Shown: piece after piece, positions 39,701-54,529 of the stretch
Position numbering within the stretch: position 1 is the stretch's first letter
How the letters are laid out: the number at the start of each line of letters is the position of its first letter
The notes under the pieces: model-generated
The model's input: only the letters and a program-made list of their open reading frames with translations
The model's database searches: none
Told to the model about the DNA's origin: nothing
Origin: Eledone cirrhosa
Lineage: Eukaryota
Direction: 5' to 3'
Assembly (NCBI GenBank): GCA_964016885.1
Contig: OZ024741.1
Coordinates: 25,110,001 to 25,174,000, forward strand
DNA length: 64,000 nucleotides
Made by a program: the position numbers and the translations under genes

Positions 39701-42700
39701 TTATTAGAAATATGGTAATGAAAGGCTTAAACAACATAGTCAGTGTCTTTTATTAGAAATATGGTAATGAAAGAGTTAAACAACATAGACAGTGTCTTTT
39801 ATTAGAAATATGGTAATGAAAGGGTTAAACAACAAATATGGTAATGAAAAGGTTAAACAACATAGACAGTGTCTTTTATTAGAAATATGATAATGAAAGG
39901 GTTAAACAACATAGACAGTGTCTTTTATTAGAAATATAGTAATGAAAGGGTTAAACAACATAGACAGTGTCTTTTATTAGAAATATGGTAATTAAAGGCT
40001 TAAACAACATAGTCAGTGTCTTTTATTAGAAATATGGTAATGAAAGAGTTAAACAACATAGACAGTGTCTTTTATTAGAAATATGGTAATGAAAGGGTTA
40101 AACAACAAATATGGTAATGAAAAGGTTAAACAACATAGACAGTGTCTTTTATTAGAAATATGGTAATGAAAGGGTTAAACAACATAGACAGTGTCTTTTA
40201 TTAGAAATATGATAATGAAAGGGTTAAACAACATAGACAGTGTCTTTTATTAGAAATATGGTAATGAAAGGGTTAAACAACATAGACAGTATCTTTTATT
40301 AGAAATATGGTAATGAAAGAGTTAAACAACATAGACAGTGTCTTTTATTAGAAATATGGTAATGAAAGGGTTAAACAACAAATATGGTAATGAAAAGGTT
40401 GAACAACATAGACAGTGTCTTTTATTAGAAATATGATAATGAAAGGGTTAAACAACATAGACAGTGTCTTTTATTAGAAATATGGTAATGAAAGGGTTAA
40501 ACAACATAGACAGTGTCTTTTATTAGAAATATGATAATGAAAGGGTTAAACAACATAGACAGTGTCTTTTATTAGAAATAGGGTAATGAAAGGGTTAAAC
40601 AACATAGACAGGGTTTTTTATTAGAAATATGATAATGAAAGGGTTAAACAACATAGACAGTGTCTTTTATTAGAAATATGGTAATGAAAGGGTTAAACAA
40701 CATAGACAGTGTCTTTTATTAGAAATATGGTAATGAAAGGGTTAAACAACATAGACAGTGTCTTTTATTAGAAATATGGTAATGAAAGGGTTAAACAACA
40801 TAGACAGTGTCTTTTATTAGAAATATGGTAATGAAAGGGTTAAACAACATAGATAGTGTCTTTTATTAGAAATATGGTAATGAAAGGGTTAAACAACATA
40901 GACAGTGTCTTTTATTAGAAATATGATAATGAAAGGGTTAAACAACATAGACAGTGTCTTTTATTAGAAATAGGGTAATGAAAGGGTTAAACAACATAGT
41001 GTCTTCTATTAGAAATATGATAATGAAAGGGTTAAACAACATAGACAGTGTCTTTTATTAGAAATATGGTAATGAAAGAGTTAAACAACATAGACAGTGT
41101 CTTTTATTAGAAATATGGTAATGAAAGGGTTAAACAACATAGACAGTGTCTTTTATTAGAAATATGGTAATGAAAGGCTTAAACAACATAGTCAGTGTCT
41201 TTCATTAGAAATATGGTAATGAAAGAGTTAAACAACATAGACAGTGTCTTTTATTAGAAATATGGTAATGAAAGGGTTAAACAACATAGAGAGTGTCTTT
41301 TATTAGAAATATGGTAATAAAAGGCTTAAACAACATAGTCAGTGTCTTTTATTAGAAATATGGTAATGAAAGAGTTAAACAACAAAGACAGTGTCTTTTA
41401 TTAGAAATATGGTAATGAAAGGGTTAAACAACAAATATGGTAATGAAAAGGTTAAACAACATAGACAGTGTCTTTTATTAGAAATATGGTAATGAAAGGG
41501 TTAAACAACATAGACAGTGTCTTTTATTAGAAATATGATAATGAAAGGGTTAAACAACATAGACAGTGTGTTTTATTAGAAATATGGTAATGAAAGGGTG
41601 AAACAACATAGACAGTGTCTTTTATTAAAAATATGGTAATGAAAGGGTTAAACAACATAGACAGTGTCTTTTATTAGAAATATGATAATGGAAGGGTTAA
41701 ACAACAGAGACAGTGTCTTTTATTAGAAATAGGGTAATGAAAGAGTTAAACAACATAGTGTCTTCTATTAGAAATATGATAATGAAAGGGTTAAACAACA
41801 TAGACAGTGTCTTTTATTAGAAATATGGTAATGAAAGGGTTAAACAACATAGACAGTGTCTTTTAATAGAAATAGGGTAATGAAAGGGTTAAACAACATA
41901 GACAGGGTTTTTTATTAGAAATATGATAATGAAAGGGTTAAACAACATAGACAGTGTCATTTATTAGAAATATGGTAATGAAAGGGTTAAACAACATAGA
42001 CAGGGTTTTTTTATTAGAAATATGGTAATGAAAGGGTTAAACAAAAAATATGGTAATGAAAAGTTTAAACAACATAGACAGTGTCTTTTATTAGAAATAT
42101 GATAATGAAAGGGTTAAACAACATAGACAGTGTCTGTTATTAGAAATATGGTAATGAAAGGGTTAAACAACATAGACAGTGTGTTTTATTAGATATATGG
42201 TAATGAAAGGGTTAAACAACATAGCCAGTATCTTTTATTAGAAATATGGTAATGAAAGGGTTCAACAACATAGACAGTGTCTTTTATTAGAAATATGGTA
42301 ATGAAAGGGTTAAACAACATAGACAGTGTCTTTTATTAGAAATATGGTAATGAAAGGGTTAAACAACATAGACAGTGTCTTTTATTAGAAATATGGTAAT
42401 GAAAGGGTTAAACAACATAGACAGTGTCTTTTATTAGAAATATGGTAATGAAAGGGTTAAACAACATAGACAGTGTCTTTTATTAGAAATATGGTAATGA
42501 AAGGCTTAAACAACATAGTCAGTGTCTTTTATTAGAAATATGGTAATGAAAGAGTTAAACAACATAGACAGTGTCTTTTATTAGAAATATGGTAATGAAA
42601 GGGTTAAACAACATAGACAGTGTCTTTTATTAGAAATATGGTAATGAAAGGGTTAAACAACATAGATAGTGTCTTTTATTAGAAATATGGTAATGAAAGG

Positions 42701-45700
42701 GTTAAACAACATAGACAGTGTCTTTTATTAGAAATATGATAATGAAAGGGTTAAACAACATAGACAGTGTGTTTTATTAGAAATAGGGTAATGAAAGGGT
42801 TAAACAACATAGTGTCTTCTATTAGAAATATGATAATGAAAGGGTTAAACAACTTAGACAGTGTCTTTTATTAGAAATATGGTAATGAAAGGGTTAAACA
42901 ACATAGACAGTGTCTTTTATTAGAAATATGGTAATGAAAGGGTTAAACAACATAGACAGTGTCTTTTATTAGAAATATGGTAATGAAAGGGTTAAACAAC
43001 ATAGACAGTGTCTTTTATTAGAAATATGGTAATGAAAGGCTTAAACAACATAGTCAGTGTCTTTTATTAGAAATATGGTAATGAAAGAGTTAAACAACAT
43101 AGACAGTGTCTTTTATTAGAAATATGGTAATGAAAGGGTTAAACAACAAATATGGTAATGAAAAGGTTAAACAACATAGACAGTGTCTTTTATTAGAAAT
43201 ATGATAATGAAAGGGTTAAACAACATAGACAGTGTCTTTTATTAGAAATATAGTAATGAAAGGGTTAAACAACATAGACAGTGTCTTTTATTAGAAATAT
43301 GGTAATTAAAGGCTTAAACAACATAGTCAGTGTCTTTTATTAGAAATATAGTAATGAAAGAGTTAAACAACATAGACAGTGTCTTTTATTAGAAATATGG
43401 TAATGAAAGGGTTAAACAACAAATATGGTAATGAAAAGGTTAAACAACATAGACAGTGTCTTTTATTAGAAATATGGTAATGAAAGGGTTAAACAACATA
43501 GACAGTGTCTTTTATTAGAAATATGATAATGAAAGGGTTAAACAACATAGACAGTGTCTTTTATTAGAAATATGGTAATGAAAGGGTTAAACAACATAGA
43601 CAGTATCTTTTATTAGAAATATGGTAATGAAAGAGTTAAACAACATAGACAGTGTCTTTTATTAGAAATATGGTAATGAAAGGGTTAAACAACAAATATG
43701 GTAATGAAAAGGTTGAACAACATAGACAGTGTCTTTTATTAGAAATATGATAATGAAAGGGTTAAACAACATAGACAGTGTCTTTTATTAGAAATATGGT
43801 AATGAAAGGGTTAAACAACATAGACAGTGTCTTTTATTAGAAATATGATAATGAAAGGGTTAAACAACATAGACAGTGTCTTTTATTAGAAATAGGGTAA
43901 TGAAAGGGTTAAACAACATAGACAGGGTTTTTTATTAGAAATATGATAATGAAAGGGTTAAACAACATAGACAGTGTCTTTTATTAGAAATATGGTAATG
44001 AAAGGGTTAAACAACATAGACAGTGTCTTTTATTAGAAATATGGTAATGAAAGGGTTAAACAACATAGACAGTGTCTTTTATTAGAAATATGGTAATGAA
44101 AGGGTTAAACAACATAGACAGTGTCTTTTATTAGAAATATGGTAATGAAAGGGTTAAACAACATAGATAGTGTCTTTTATTAGAAATATGGTAATGAAAG
44201 GGTTAAACAACATAGACAGTGTCTTTTATTAGAAATATGATAATGAAAGGGTTAAACAACATAGACAGTGTCTTTTATTAGAAATAGGGTAATGAAAGGG
44301 TTAAACAACATAGTGTCTTCTATTAGAAATATGATAATGAAAGGGTTAAACAACATAGACAGTGTCTTTTATTAGAAATATGGTAATGAAAGAGTTAAAC
44401 AACATAGACAGTGTCTTTTATTAGAAATATGGTAATGAAAGGGTTAAACAACATAGACAGTGTCTTTTATTAGAAATATGGTAATGAAAGGCTTAAACAA
44501 CATAGTCAGTGTCTTTCATTAGAAATATGGTAATGAAAGAGTTAAACAACATAGACAGTGTCTTTTATTAGAAATATGGTAATGAAAGGGTTAAACAACA
44601 TAGAGAGTGTCTTTTATTAGAAATATGGTAATAAAAGGCTTAAACAACATAGTCAGTGTCTTTTATTAGAAATATGGTAATGAAAGAGTTAAACAACAAA
44701 GACAGTGTCTTTTATTAGAAATATGGTAATGAAAGGGTTAAACAACAAATATGGTAATGAAAAGGTTAAACAACATAGACAGTGTCTTTTATTAGAAATA
44801 TGGTAATGAAAGGGTTAAACAACATAGACAGTGTCTTTTATTAGAAATATGATAATGAAAGGGTTAAACAACATAGACAGTGTGTTTTATTAGAAATATG
44901 GTAATGAAAGGGTGAAACAACATAGACAGTGTCTTTTATTAAAAATATGGTAATGAAAGGGTTAAACAACATAGACAGTGTCTTTTATTAGAAATATGAT
45001 AATGGAAGGGTTAAACAACAGAGACAGTGTCTTTTATTAGAAATATGGTAATGAAAGGGTTAAACAACATAGACAGTGTCTTTTATTAGAAATATGATAA
45101 TGAAAGGGTGAAACAACATAGACAGTGTCTTTTAATAGAAATAGGGTAATGAAAGGGTTAAACAACATAGACAGGGTTTTTTATTAGAAATATGATAATG
45201 AAAGGGTTAAACAACATAGACAGTGTCATTTATTAGAAATATGGTAATGAAAGGGTTAAACAACATAGACAGGGTTTTTTTATTAGAAATATGGTAATGA
45301 AAGGGTTAAACAAAAAATATGGTAATGAAAAGTTTAAACAACATAGACAGTGTCTTTTATTAGAAATATGATAATGAAAGGGTTAAACAACATAGACAGT
45401 GTCTGTTATTAGAAATATGGTAATGAAAGGGTTAAACAACATAGACAGTGTGTTTTATTAGATATATGGTAATGAAAGGGTTAAACAACATAGCCAGTAT
45501 CTTTTATTAGAAATATGGTAATGAAAGGGTTCAACAACATAGACAGTGTCTTTTATTAGAAATATGGTAATGAAAGGGTTAAACAACATAGACAGTGTCT
45601 TTTATTAGAAATATGGTAATGAAAGGGTTAAACAACATAGACAGTGTCTTTTATTAGAAATATGGTAATGAAAGGGTTAAACAACATAGACAGTGTCTTT

Positions 45701-45720
45701 TATTAGAAATATGGTAATGA
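39110..45720. repeat. ~3.3-kb tandem duplication (offset 3314/3269)
   Basis: AACTTAGAC 39540/42854, GGTTGAAC 40401/43715 and AATGGAAGGG 41691/45005 pair at +3314. TAGCCAGTAT 42225/45494 pairs at +3269 (loss of the 45-mer). Confidence 0.9.
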
Positions 45721-48700
45721 AAGGCTTAAACAACATAGACAGTGTCTTTTATTAGAAATATGGTAATGAAAGAGTTAAACAACATAGACAGTGTCTTTTA
45801 TTAGAAATATGGTAATGAAAGGGTTAAACAACATAGACAGTGTCTTTTATTAGAAATATGGTAATGAAAGAGTTAAACAACATAGACAGTGTCTTTTATT
45901 AGAAATATGGTAATGAAAGGGTTAAACAACAAATATGGTAATGAAAAGGTTAAACAACATAGACAGTGTCTTTTATTAGAAATATGGTAATGAAAGGGTT
46001 AAACAACAAATATGGTAATGAAAGAGTTAAACAACATAGACAGTGTCTTTTATTAGAAATATGGTAATGAAAGGCTTAAACAACATAGACAGTGTCTTTT
46101 ATTAGAAATATGGTAATGAAAGAGTTAAACAACATAGACAGTGTCTTTTATTAGAAATATGGTAATGAAAGGGTTAAACAACAAATATGGTAATGAAAAG
46201 GTTAAACAACATAGACAGTGTCTTTTATTAGAAATATGATAATGAAAGGGTTAAACAACATAGACAGTGTCTTTTATTAGAAATATGGTAATGAAAGGGT
46301 TAAACAACATAGACAGTGTCTTTTATTAGAAATATGGTAATGAAAGGCTTAAACAACATAGTCAGTGTCTTTTATTAGAAATATGGTAATGAAAGAGTTA
46401 AACAACATAGACAGTGTCTTTTATTAGAAATCTGGTAATGAAAGGGTTAAACAACAAATATGGTAATGAAAAGGTTAAACAACATAGACAGTGTCTTTTA
46501 TTAGAAATATGGTAATGAAAGGGTTAAACAACATAGACAGTGTCTTTTATTAGAAATATGATAATGAAAGGGTTAAACAACATAGACAGTGTGTTTTATT
46601 AGAAATATGGTAATGAAAGGGTTAAACAACATAGACAGTGTCTTTTATTAGAAATATGGAAATGAAAGGGTTAAACAACATAGACAGTATCTTTTATTAG
46701 AAATATGGTAATGAAAGAGTTAAACAACATAGACAGTGCCTTTTATTAGAAATATGGTAATGAAAGGGTTAAACAACAAATATGGTAATGAAAAGGTTAA
46801 ACAACATAGACAGTGTGTTTTATTAGAAATATGATAATGAAAGGGTTAAACAACATAGACAGTGACTTTTATTAGAAATATGGTAATGAAAGGGTTAAAC
46901 AACATAGACAGTGTCTTTTATTAGAAATATGATAATGAAAGGGTTAAACAACATAGACAGTGTGTTTTATTAGAAATATGGTAATGAAAGGGTTAAACAA
47001 CATAGACAGTGTCTTTTAATAGAAATATGGTAATGAAAGGGTTAAACAACATAGACAGTATCTTTTATTAGAAATATGGTAATGAAAGAGTTAAACAACA
47101 TAGACAGTGTCTTTTATTAGAAATATGGTAATGAAAGGGTTAAACAACAAATATGGTAATGAAAAGGTTAAACAACATAGACAGTGTCCTTTATTAGAAA
47201 TATGATAATGAAAGGGTTAAACAATATAGACAGTGTCTTTTATTAGAAATATGGTAATGAAAGGGTTAAACAACATAGACAGTGTCTTTTATTAGAAATA
47301 TGGTAATGAAAGGGTTAAACAACATAGACAGTGTCTTTTATTAGAAATATGGTAATGAAAGGGTTAAACAACATAGACAGTGTCTTTTATTAGAAATATG
47401 ATAATGAAAGGGTTAAACAACAGAGACAGTGTCTTTTATTAGAAATAGGGTAATGAAAGAGTTAAACAACATAGTGTCTTCTATTAGAAATATGATAATG
47501 AAAGGGTTAAACAACATAGACAGTGTCTTTTATTAGAAATATGGTAATGAAAGGGTTAAACAACATAGACAGTGTCTTTTAATAGAAATAGGGTAATGAA
47601 AGGGTTAAACAACATAGACAGGGTTTTTTATTAGAAATATGATAATGAAAGGGTTAAACAACATAGACAGTGTCTTTTAATAGAAATATGGTAATGAAAG
47701 GGTTAAACAACATAGACAGGGTTTTTTATTAGAAATATGGTAATGAAAGGGTTAAACAAAAAATATGGTAATGAAAAGTTTAAACAACTTAGACAGTGTC
47801 TTTTATTAGAAATATGATAATGAAAGGGTTAAACAACATAGACAGTGTCTGTTATTAGAAATATGGTAATGAAAGGGTTAAACAACATAGACAGTGTGTT
47901 TTATTAGATATATGGTAATGAAAGGGTTAAACAACATAGACAGTATCTTTTATTAGAAATATGGTAATGAAAGGGTTCAACAACATAGACAGTGTCTTTT
48001 ATTAGAAATATGGTATTGAAAGGGTTAAACAACATAGACAGTGTCTTTTATTAGAAATATGGTAATGAAAGGGTTAAACAACATAGACAGTGTCTTTTAT
48101 TAGAAATATGGTAATGAAAGAGTTAAACAACATAGACAGTGTCTTTTATTAGAAATATGGTAATGAAATGGTTAAACAACGTAGACAGTGTCTTTTATTA
48201 GAAATATGGTAATGAAAGGCTTAAACAACATACTGTCTTTTATTAGAAATATGGTAATGAAAGGGTTAAACAACATAGACAGTGTCTTTTATTAGAAATA
48301 TGGTAATGAAAGTGTTAAACAACATAGACAGTGTCTTTTATTAGAAATATGGTAATGAAAGAGTTAAACAACATAGACAGTGTCTTTTATTAGAAATATG
48401 GTAATGAAAGAGTTAAACAACATAGACAGTGTCTTTTATTAGAAATATGGTAATGAAAGGGTTAAACAACAAATATGGTAATGAAAAGGTTAAACAACAT
48501 AGACAGTGTCTTTTATTAGAAATATGATAATGAAAGGGTTAAACAACATAGACAGTGTATTTTATTAGAAATATGGTAATGAAAGGCTTAAACAACATAG
48601 TCAGTGTCTTTTATTAGAAATATGGTAATGAAAGAGTTAAACAACATAGACAGTGTCTTTTATTAGAAATATGGTAATGAAAGGGTTAAACAACAAATAT

Positions 48701-51700
48701 GGTAATGAAAAGGTTAAACAACATAGACAGTGTCTTTATTAGAAATATGGTAATGAAAGGGTTAAACAACATAGACAGTGTCTTTTATTAGAAATATGAT
48801 AATGAAAGGGTTAAACAACATAGACAGTGTGTTTTATTAGAAATATGGTAATGAAAGGGTTAAACAACATAGACAGTGTCTTTTATTAGAAATATGGTAA
48901 TGAAAGGGTTAAACAACATAGACAGTATCTTTTATTAGAAATATGGTAATGAAAGAGTTAAACAACATAGACAGTGTCTTTTATTAGAAATATGGTAATG
49001 AAAGGGTTAAACAACAAATATGGTAATGAAAAGGTTAAACAACATAGACAGTGTCTTTTATTAGAAATATGGTAATGAAAGAGTTAAACAACATAGACAG
49101 TGTCTTTTATTAGAAATATGGTAATGAAAGGGTTAAACAACATAGACAGTGTCTTTTATTAGAAATATGGTAATGAAAGGCTTAAACAACATAGTCAGTG
49201 TCTTTCATTAGAAATATGGTAATGAAAGAGTTAAACAACATAGACAGTGTCTTTTATTAGAAATATGGTAATGAAAGGGTTAAACAACAAATATGGTAAT
49301 GAAAAGGTTAAACAACATAGACAGTGTCTTTTATTAGAAATATGATAATGAAAGGGTTAAACAACATAGACAGTGTCTTTTATTAGAAATATGGTAATGA
49401 AAGGGTTAAACAACATAGACAGTGTCTTTTATTAGAAATATGGTAATGAAAGGCTTAAACAACATAGTCAGTGTCTTTTATTAGAAATATGGTAATGAAA
49501 GAGTTAAACAACAAAGACAGTGTCTTTTATTAGAAATATGGTAATGAAAGGGTTAAACAACAAATATGGTAATGAAAAGGTTAAACAACATAGACAGTGT
49601 CTTTTATTAGAAATATGGTAATGAAAGGATTAAACAACATAGACAGTGTCTTTTATTAGAAATATGGTAATGAAAGGGTTAAACAACATAGACAGTGTCT
49701 TTTATTAGAAATATGATAATGAAAGGGTTAAACAACAGAGACAGTGTCTTTTATTAGAAATAGGGTAATGAAAGAGTTAAACAACATAGTGTCTTCTATT
49801 AGAAATATGATAATGAAAGGGTTAAACAACATAGACAGTGTCTTTTATTAGAAATATGGTAATGAAAGGGTTAAACAACATAGACAGTGTCTTTTAATAG
49901 AAATAGGGTAATGAAAGGGTTAAACAACATAGACAGGGCTTTTTATTAGAAATATGATAATGAAAGGGTTAAACAACATAGACAGTGTCTTTTATTAGAA
50001 ATATGGTAATGAAAGGGTTAAACAACATAGACAGGGTTTTTTATTAGAAATATGGTAATGAAAGGGTTAAACAAAAAATATGGTAATGAAAAGTTTAAAC
50101 AACATAGACAGTGTCTTTTATTAGAAATATGGTAATGAAAAGGTTAAACAACATAGACAGTGTGTTTTATTAGAAATATGGTAATGAAAGGGTTAAACAA
50201 CATAGACAGTGTCTTTTATTAGAAATATGGTAATGAAAGGGTTAAACAACGTAGACAGTGTCTTTTATTAGAAATATGGTAATGAAAGGGTTGAACAACA
50301 TAGACAGTGTCTTTTATTAGAAATATGGTAATGAAAGAGTTAAACAACATAGACAGTGTCTTTTATTAGAAATATGGTAATGAAAGGGTTAAACAACGTA
50401 GACAGTGTCTTTTATTAGAAATATGATAATGAAAGGGTTAAACAACGTAGACAGTGTCTTTTATTAGAAATATGGTAATGAAAGGGTTGAACAACATAGA
50501 CAGTGTCTTTTATTAGAAATATGGTAATGAAAGGCTTAAACAACATAGTCAGTGTCTTTTATTAGAAATATGGTAATGAAAGAGTTAAACAACATAGTCA
50601 GTGTCTTTTATTAGAAATATGGTAATGAAAGAGTTAAACAACATAGACAGTGTCTTTTATTAGAAATATGGTAATGGAAGGGTTAAACAACATAGACAGT
50701 GTCTTTTATTAGAAATATGGTAATGAAAGGCTTAAACAACATAGTCAGTGTCTTTTATTAGAAATATGGTAATGAAAGAGTTAAACAACATAGACAGTGT
50801 CTTTTATTAGAAATCTGGTAATGAAAGGGTTAAACAACAAATATGGTAATGAAAAGGTTAAACAACATAGACAGTGTGTTTTATTAGAAATATGGTAATG
50901 AAAGGGTTAAACAACATAGACAGTGTCTTTTATTAGAAATATGGTAATGAAAGGGTTAAACAACAAATATGGTAATGAAAAGGTTAAACAACATAGACAG
51001 TGTCTTTTATTAGAAATATGATAATGAAAGGGTTAAACAATATAGACAGTGTCTTTTATTAGAAATATGATAATGAAAGGGTTAAACAACATAGACAGTG
51101 TCTTTTATTAGAAATAGGGTAATGAAAGGGTTAAACAACATAGACAGGGTTTTTTATTAGAAATATGATAATGAAAGGGTTAAACAACATAGACAGTGTC
51201 TTTTATTAGAAATATGGTAATGAAAGGGTTAAACAACATAGACAGTGTCTTTTATTAGAAATATGATAATGAAAGGGTTAAACAACATAGACAGTGTGTT
51301 TTATTAGAAATATGGTAATGAAAGGGTTAAACAACATAGACAGTGTCTTTTATTAGAAATATGGTAATGAAAGGGTAAAACAACATAGACAGTATCTTTT
51401 TTTAGAAATATGGTAATGAAAGAGTTAAACAACATAGACAGTGTCTTTTATTAGAAATATGGTAATGAAAGGGTTAAACAACAAATATGGTAATGAAAAG
51501 GTTAAACAACATAGACAGTGTCCTTTATTAGAAATATGATAATGAAAGGGTTAAACAATATAGACAGTGTCTTTTATTAGAAATATGGTAATGAAAGGGT
51601 TAAACAACATAGACAGTGTCTTTTATTAGAAATATGGTAATGAAAGGGTTAAAAAACATAGACAGTGTCTTTTATTAGAAATATGGTAATGAAAGGGTTA

Positions 51701-54529
51701 AACAACATAGACAGTGTCTTTTATTAGAAATATGATAATGAAAGGGTTAAACAACAGAGACAGTGTCTTTTATTAGAAATAGGGTAATGAGAGAGTTAAA
51801 CAACATAGTGTCTTCTATTAGAAATATGATAATGAAAGGTTTAAACAACATAGACAGTGTCTTTTATTAGAAATATGGTAATGAAAGGGTTAAACAACAT
51901 AGACAGTGTCTTTTAATAGAAATAGGGTAATGAAAGGGTTAAACAACATAGACAGGGTTTTTTATTAGAAATATGATAATGAAAGGGTTAAACAACATAG
52001 ACAGTGTCTTTTATTAGAAATATGGTAATGAAAGGGTTAAACAACATAGACAGGGTTTTTTATTAGAAATATGGTAATGAAAGGGTTAAACAAAAAATAT
52101 GGTAATGAAAAGTTTAAACAACTTAGACAGTGTCTTTTATTAGAAATATGATAATGAAAGGGTTAAACAACATAGACAGTGTCTGTTATTAGAAATATGG
52201 TAATGAAAGGGTTAAACAACATAGATAGTGTGTTTTATTAGAAATATGGTAATGAAAGGGTTCAACAACATAGACAGTGTCTTTTATTAGAAATATGGTA
52301 ATGAAAGAGTTAAACAACATAGACAGTGTCTTTTATTAGAAATATGGTAATGAAAGGGTTCAACAACATAGACAGTGTCTTTTATTAGAAATATGATAAT
52401 GAAAGGGTTCAACAACATAGACAGTGTCTTTTATTAGAAATATGGTAATGAAAAGGTTAAACAACATAGACAGTGTCTTTTATTAGAAATATGATAATGA
52501 AAGGGTTCAACAACATAGACAGTGTCTTTTATTAGAAATATGGTAATGAAAGGGTTAAACAACATAGACAGTGTCTTTTATTAGAAATATGGTAATGAAA
52601 GGCTTAAACAACATAGTCAGTGTCTTTTATTAGAAATATGGTAATGAAAGAGTTAAACAACATAGACAGTGTCTTTTATTAGGAATATGGTAATGAAAGG
52701 GTTAAACAACAAATATGGTAATGAAAAGGTTAAACAACATAGACAGTGTCTTTTATTAGAAATATGATAATGAAAGGGTTAAACAACATAGACAGTGTCT
52801 TTTATTAGAAATATGGTAATGAAAGGGTTAAACAACATAGACAGTGTCTTTTATTAGAAATATGGTAATGAAAGGCTTAAACAACATAGTCAGTGTCTTT
52901 TATTAGAAATATGGTAATGAAAGAGTTAAACAACATAGACAGTGTCTTTTATTAGAAATATGGTAATGAAAGGGTTAAACAACAAATATGGTAATGAAAA
53001 GGTTAAACAACATAGACAGTGTCTTTTATTAGAAATATGGTAATGAAAGGGTTAAACAACATAGACAGTGTCTTTTATTAGAAATATGGTAATGAAAGGG
53101 TTAAACAACATAGACAGTGTCTTTTATTAGAAATATGGTAATGAAAGGGTTAAACAACATAGATAGTGTCTTTTATTAGAAATATGGATATTAAAGGGTT
53201 AAACAACATAGACAGTGTCTTTTATTAGAAATATGATAATGACAGGGTTAAACAACATAGACAGTGTCTTTTATTAGAAATAGGGTAATGAAAGGGTTAA
53301 ACAACATAGTGTCTTCTATTGGAAATATGATAATGAAAGGGTTAAACAACATAGACAGTGTCTTTTATTAGAAATATGGTAATGAAAGGGTTAAACAACA
53401 TAGACAGTGTCTTTTATTAGAAATATGATAATGAAAGGGTTAAACAACATAGACAGTGTCTTTTGTTAGAAATATGGTAATGAAAGGGTTAAACAACATA
53501 GACAGGGTTTTTTCTTAGAAATATGGTAATGAAAGTGTTAAACAACAAATATGGTAATGAAAAGGTTAAACAACATAGTGTCTTCTATTAGAAATATGAT
53601 AATGAAAGGGTTAAACAACATAGACAGTGTCTTTTATTAGAAATATGATAATGAAAGGGTTAAACAACATAGACAGTGTGTTTTATTAGATATATGGTAA
53701 TGAAAGGGTTAAACAACATAGACAGTGTGTTTTATTAGAAATATGGTAATGAAAGGGTTCAACAACATAGACAGTGTCTTTTATTATAAATATGGTAATG
53801 AAAGGGTTAAACAACATAGACAGTGTCTTTTATTAGAAATATGGTAATGAAAGGGTTAAACAACATAGACAGTGTCTTTTATTAGAAATATGGTAATGAA
53901 AGGGTTAAACAACATAGACAGTGTCTTTTATTAGAAATATGGTAATGAAAGGGTTAAACAACATAGTCAGTGTCTGTTATTAGAAATATGGTAAAGAAAG
54001 AGTTAAACAACATAGACAGTGTCTTTTATTAGAAATATGGTAATGAAAGGGTTAAACAACAAATATGGTAATGAAAAGGTTAAACAACATAGACAGTGTC
54101 TTTTATTAGAAATATGATAATGAAAGGGTTAAACAACATAGACAGTGTCTTTTATTAGAAATATGGTAATGAAAGGGTTAAACAACATAGACAGGGTTTT
54201 TTATTAGAAATATGGTAATGAAAGGGTTAAACAAAAAATATGGTAATGAAAAGTTTAAACAACATAGACAGTGTCTTTTATTAGAAATATGATAATGAAA
54301 GGGTTAAACAACATAGACAGTGTCTGTTATTAGAAATATGGTAATGAAAGGGTTAAACAACATAGACAGTGTGTTTTATTAGATATATGGTAATGAAAGG
54401 GTTAAACAACATAGACAGTGTGTTTTATTAGAAATATGGTAATGAAAAGGTTAAACATCATAGACAGTATCTTTTATTAGAAATATGGTAATGAAAGGGT
54501 TCAACAACATAGACAGTGTCTTTTATTAG

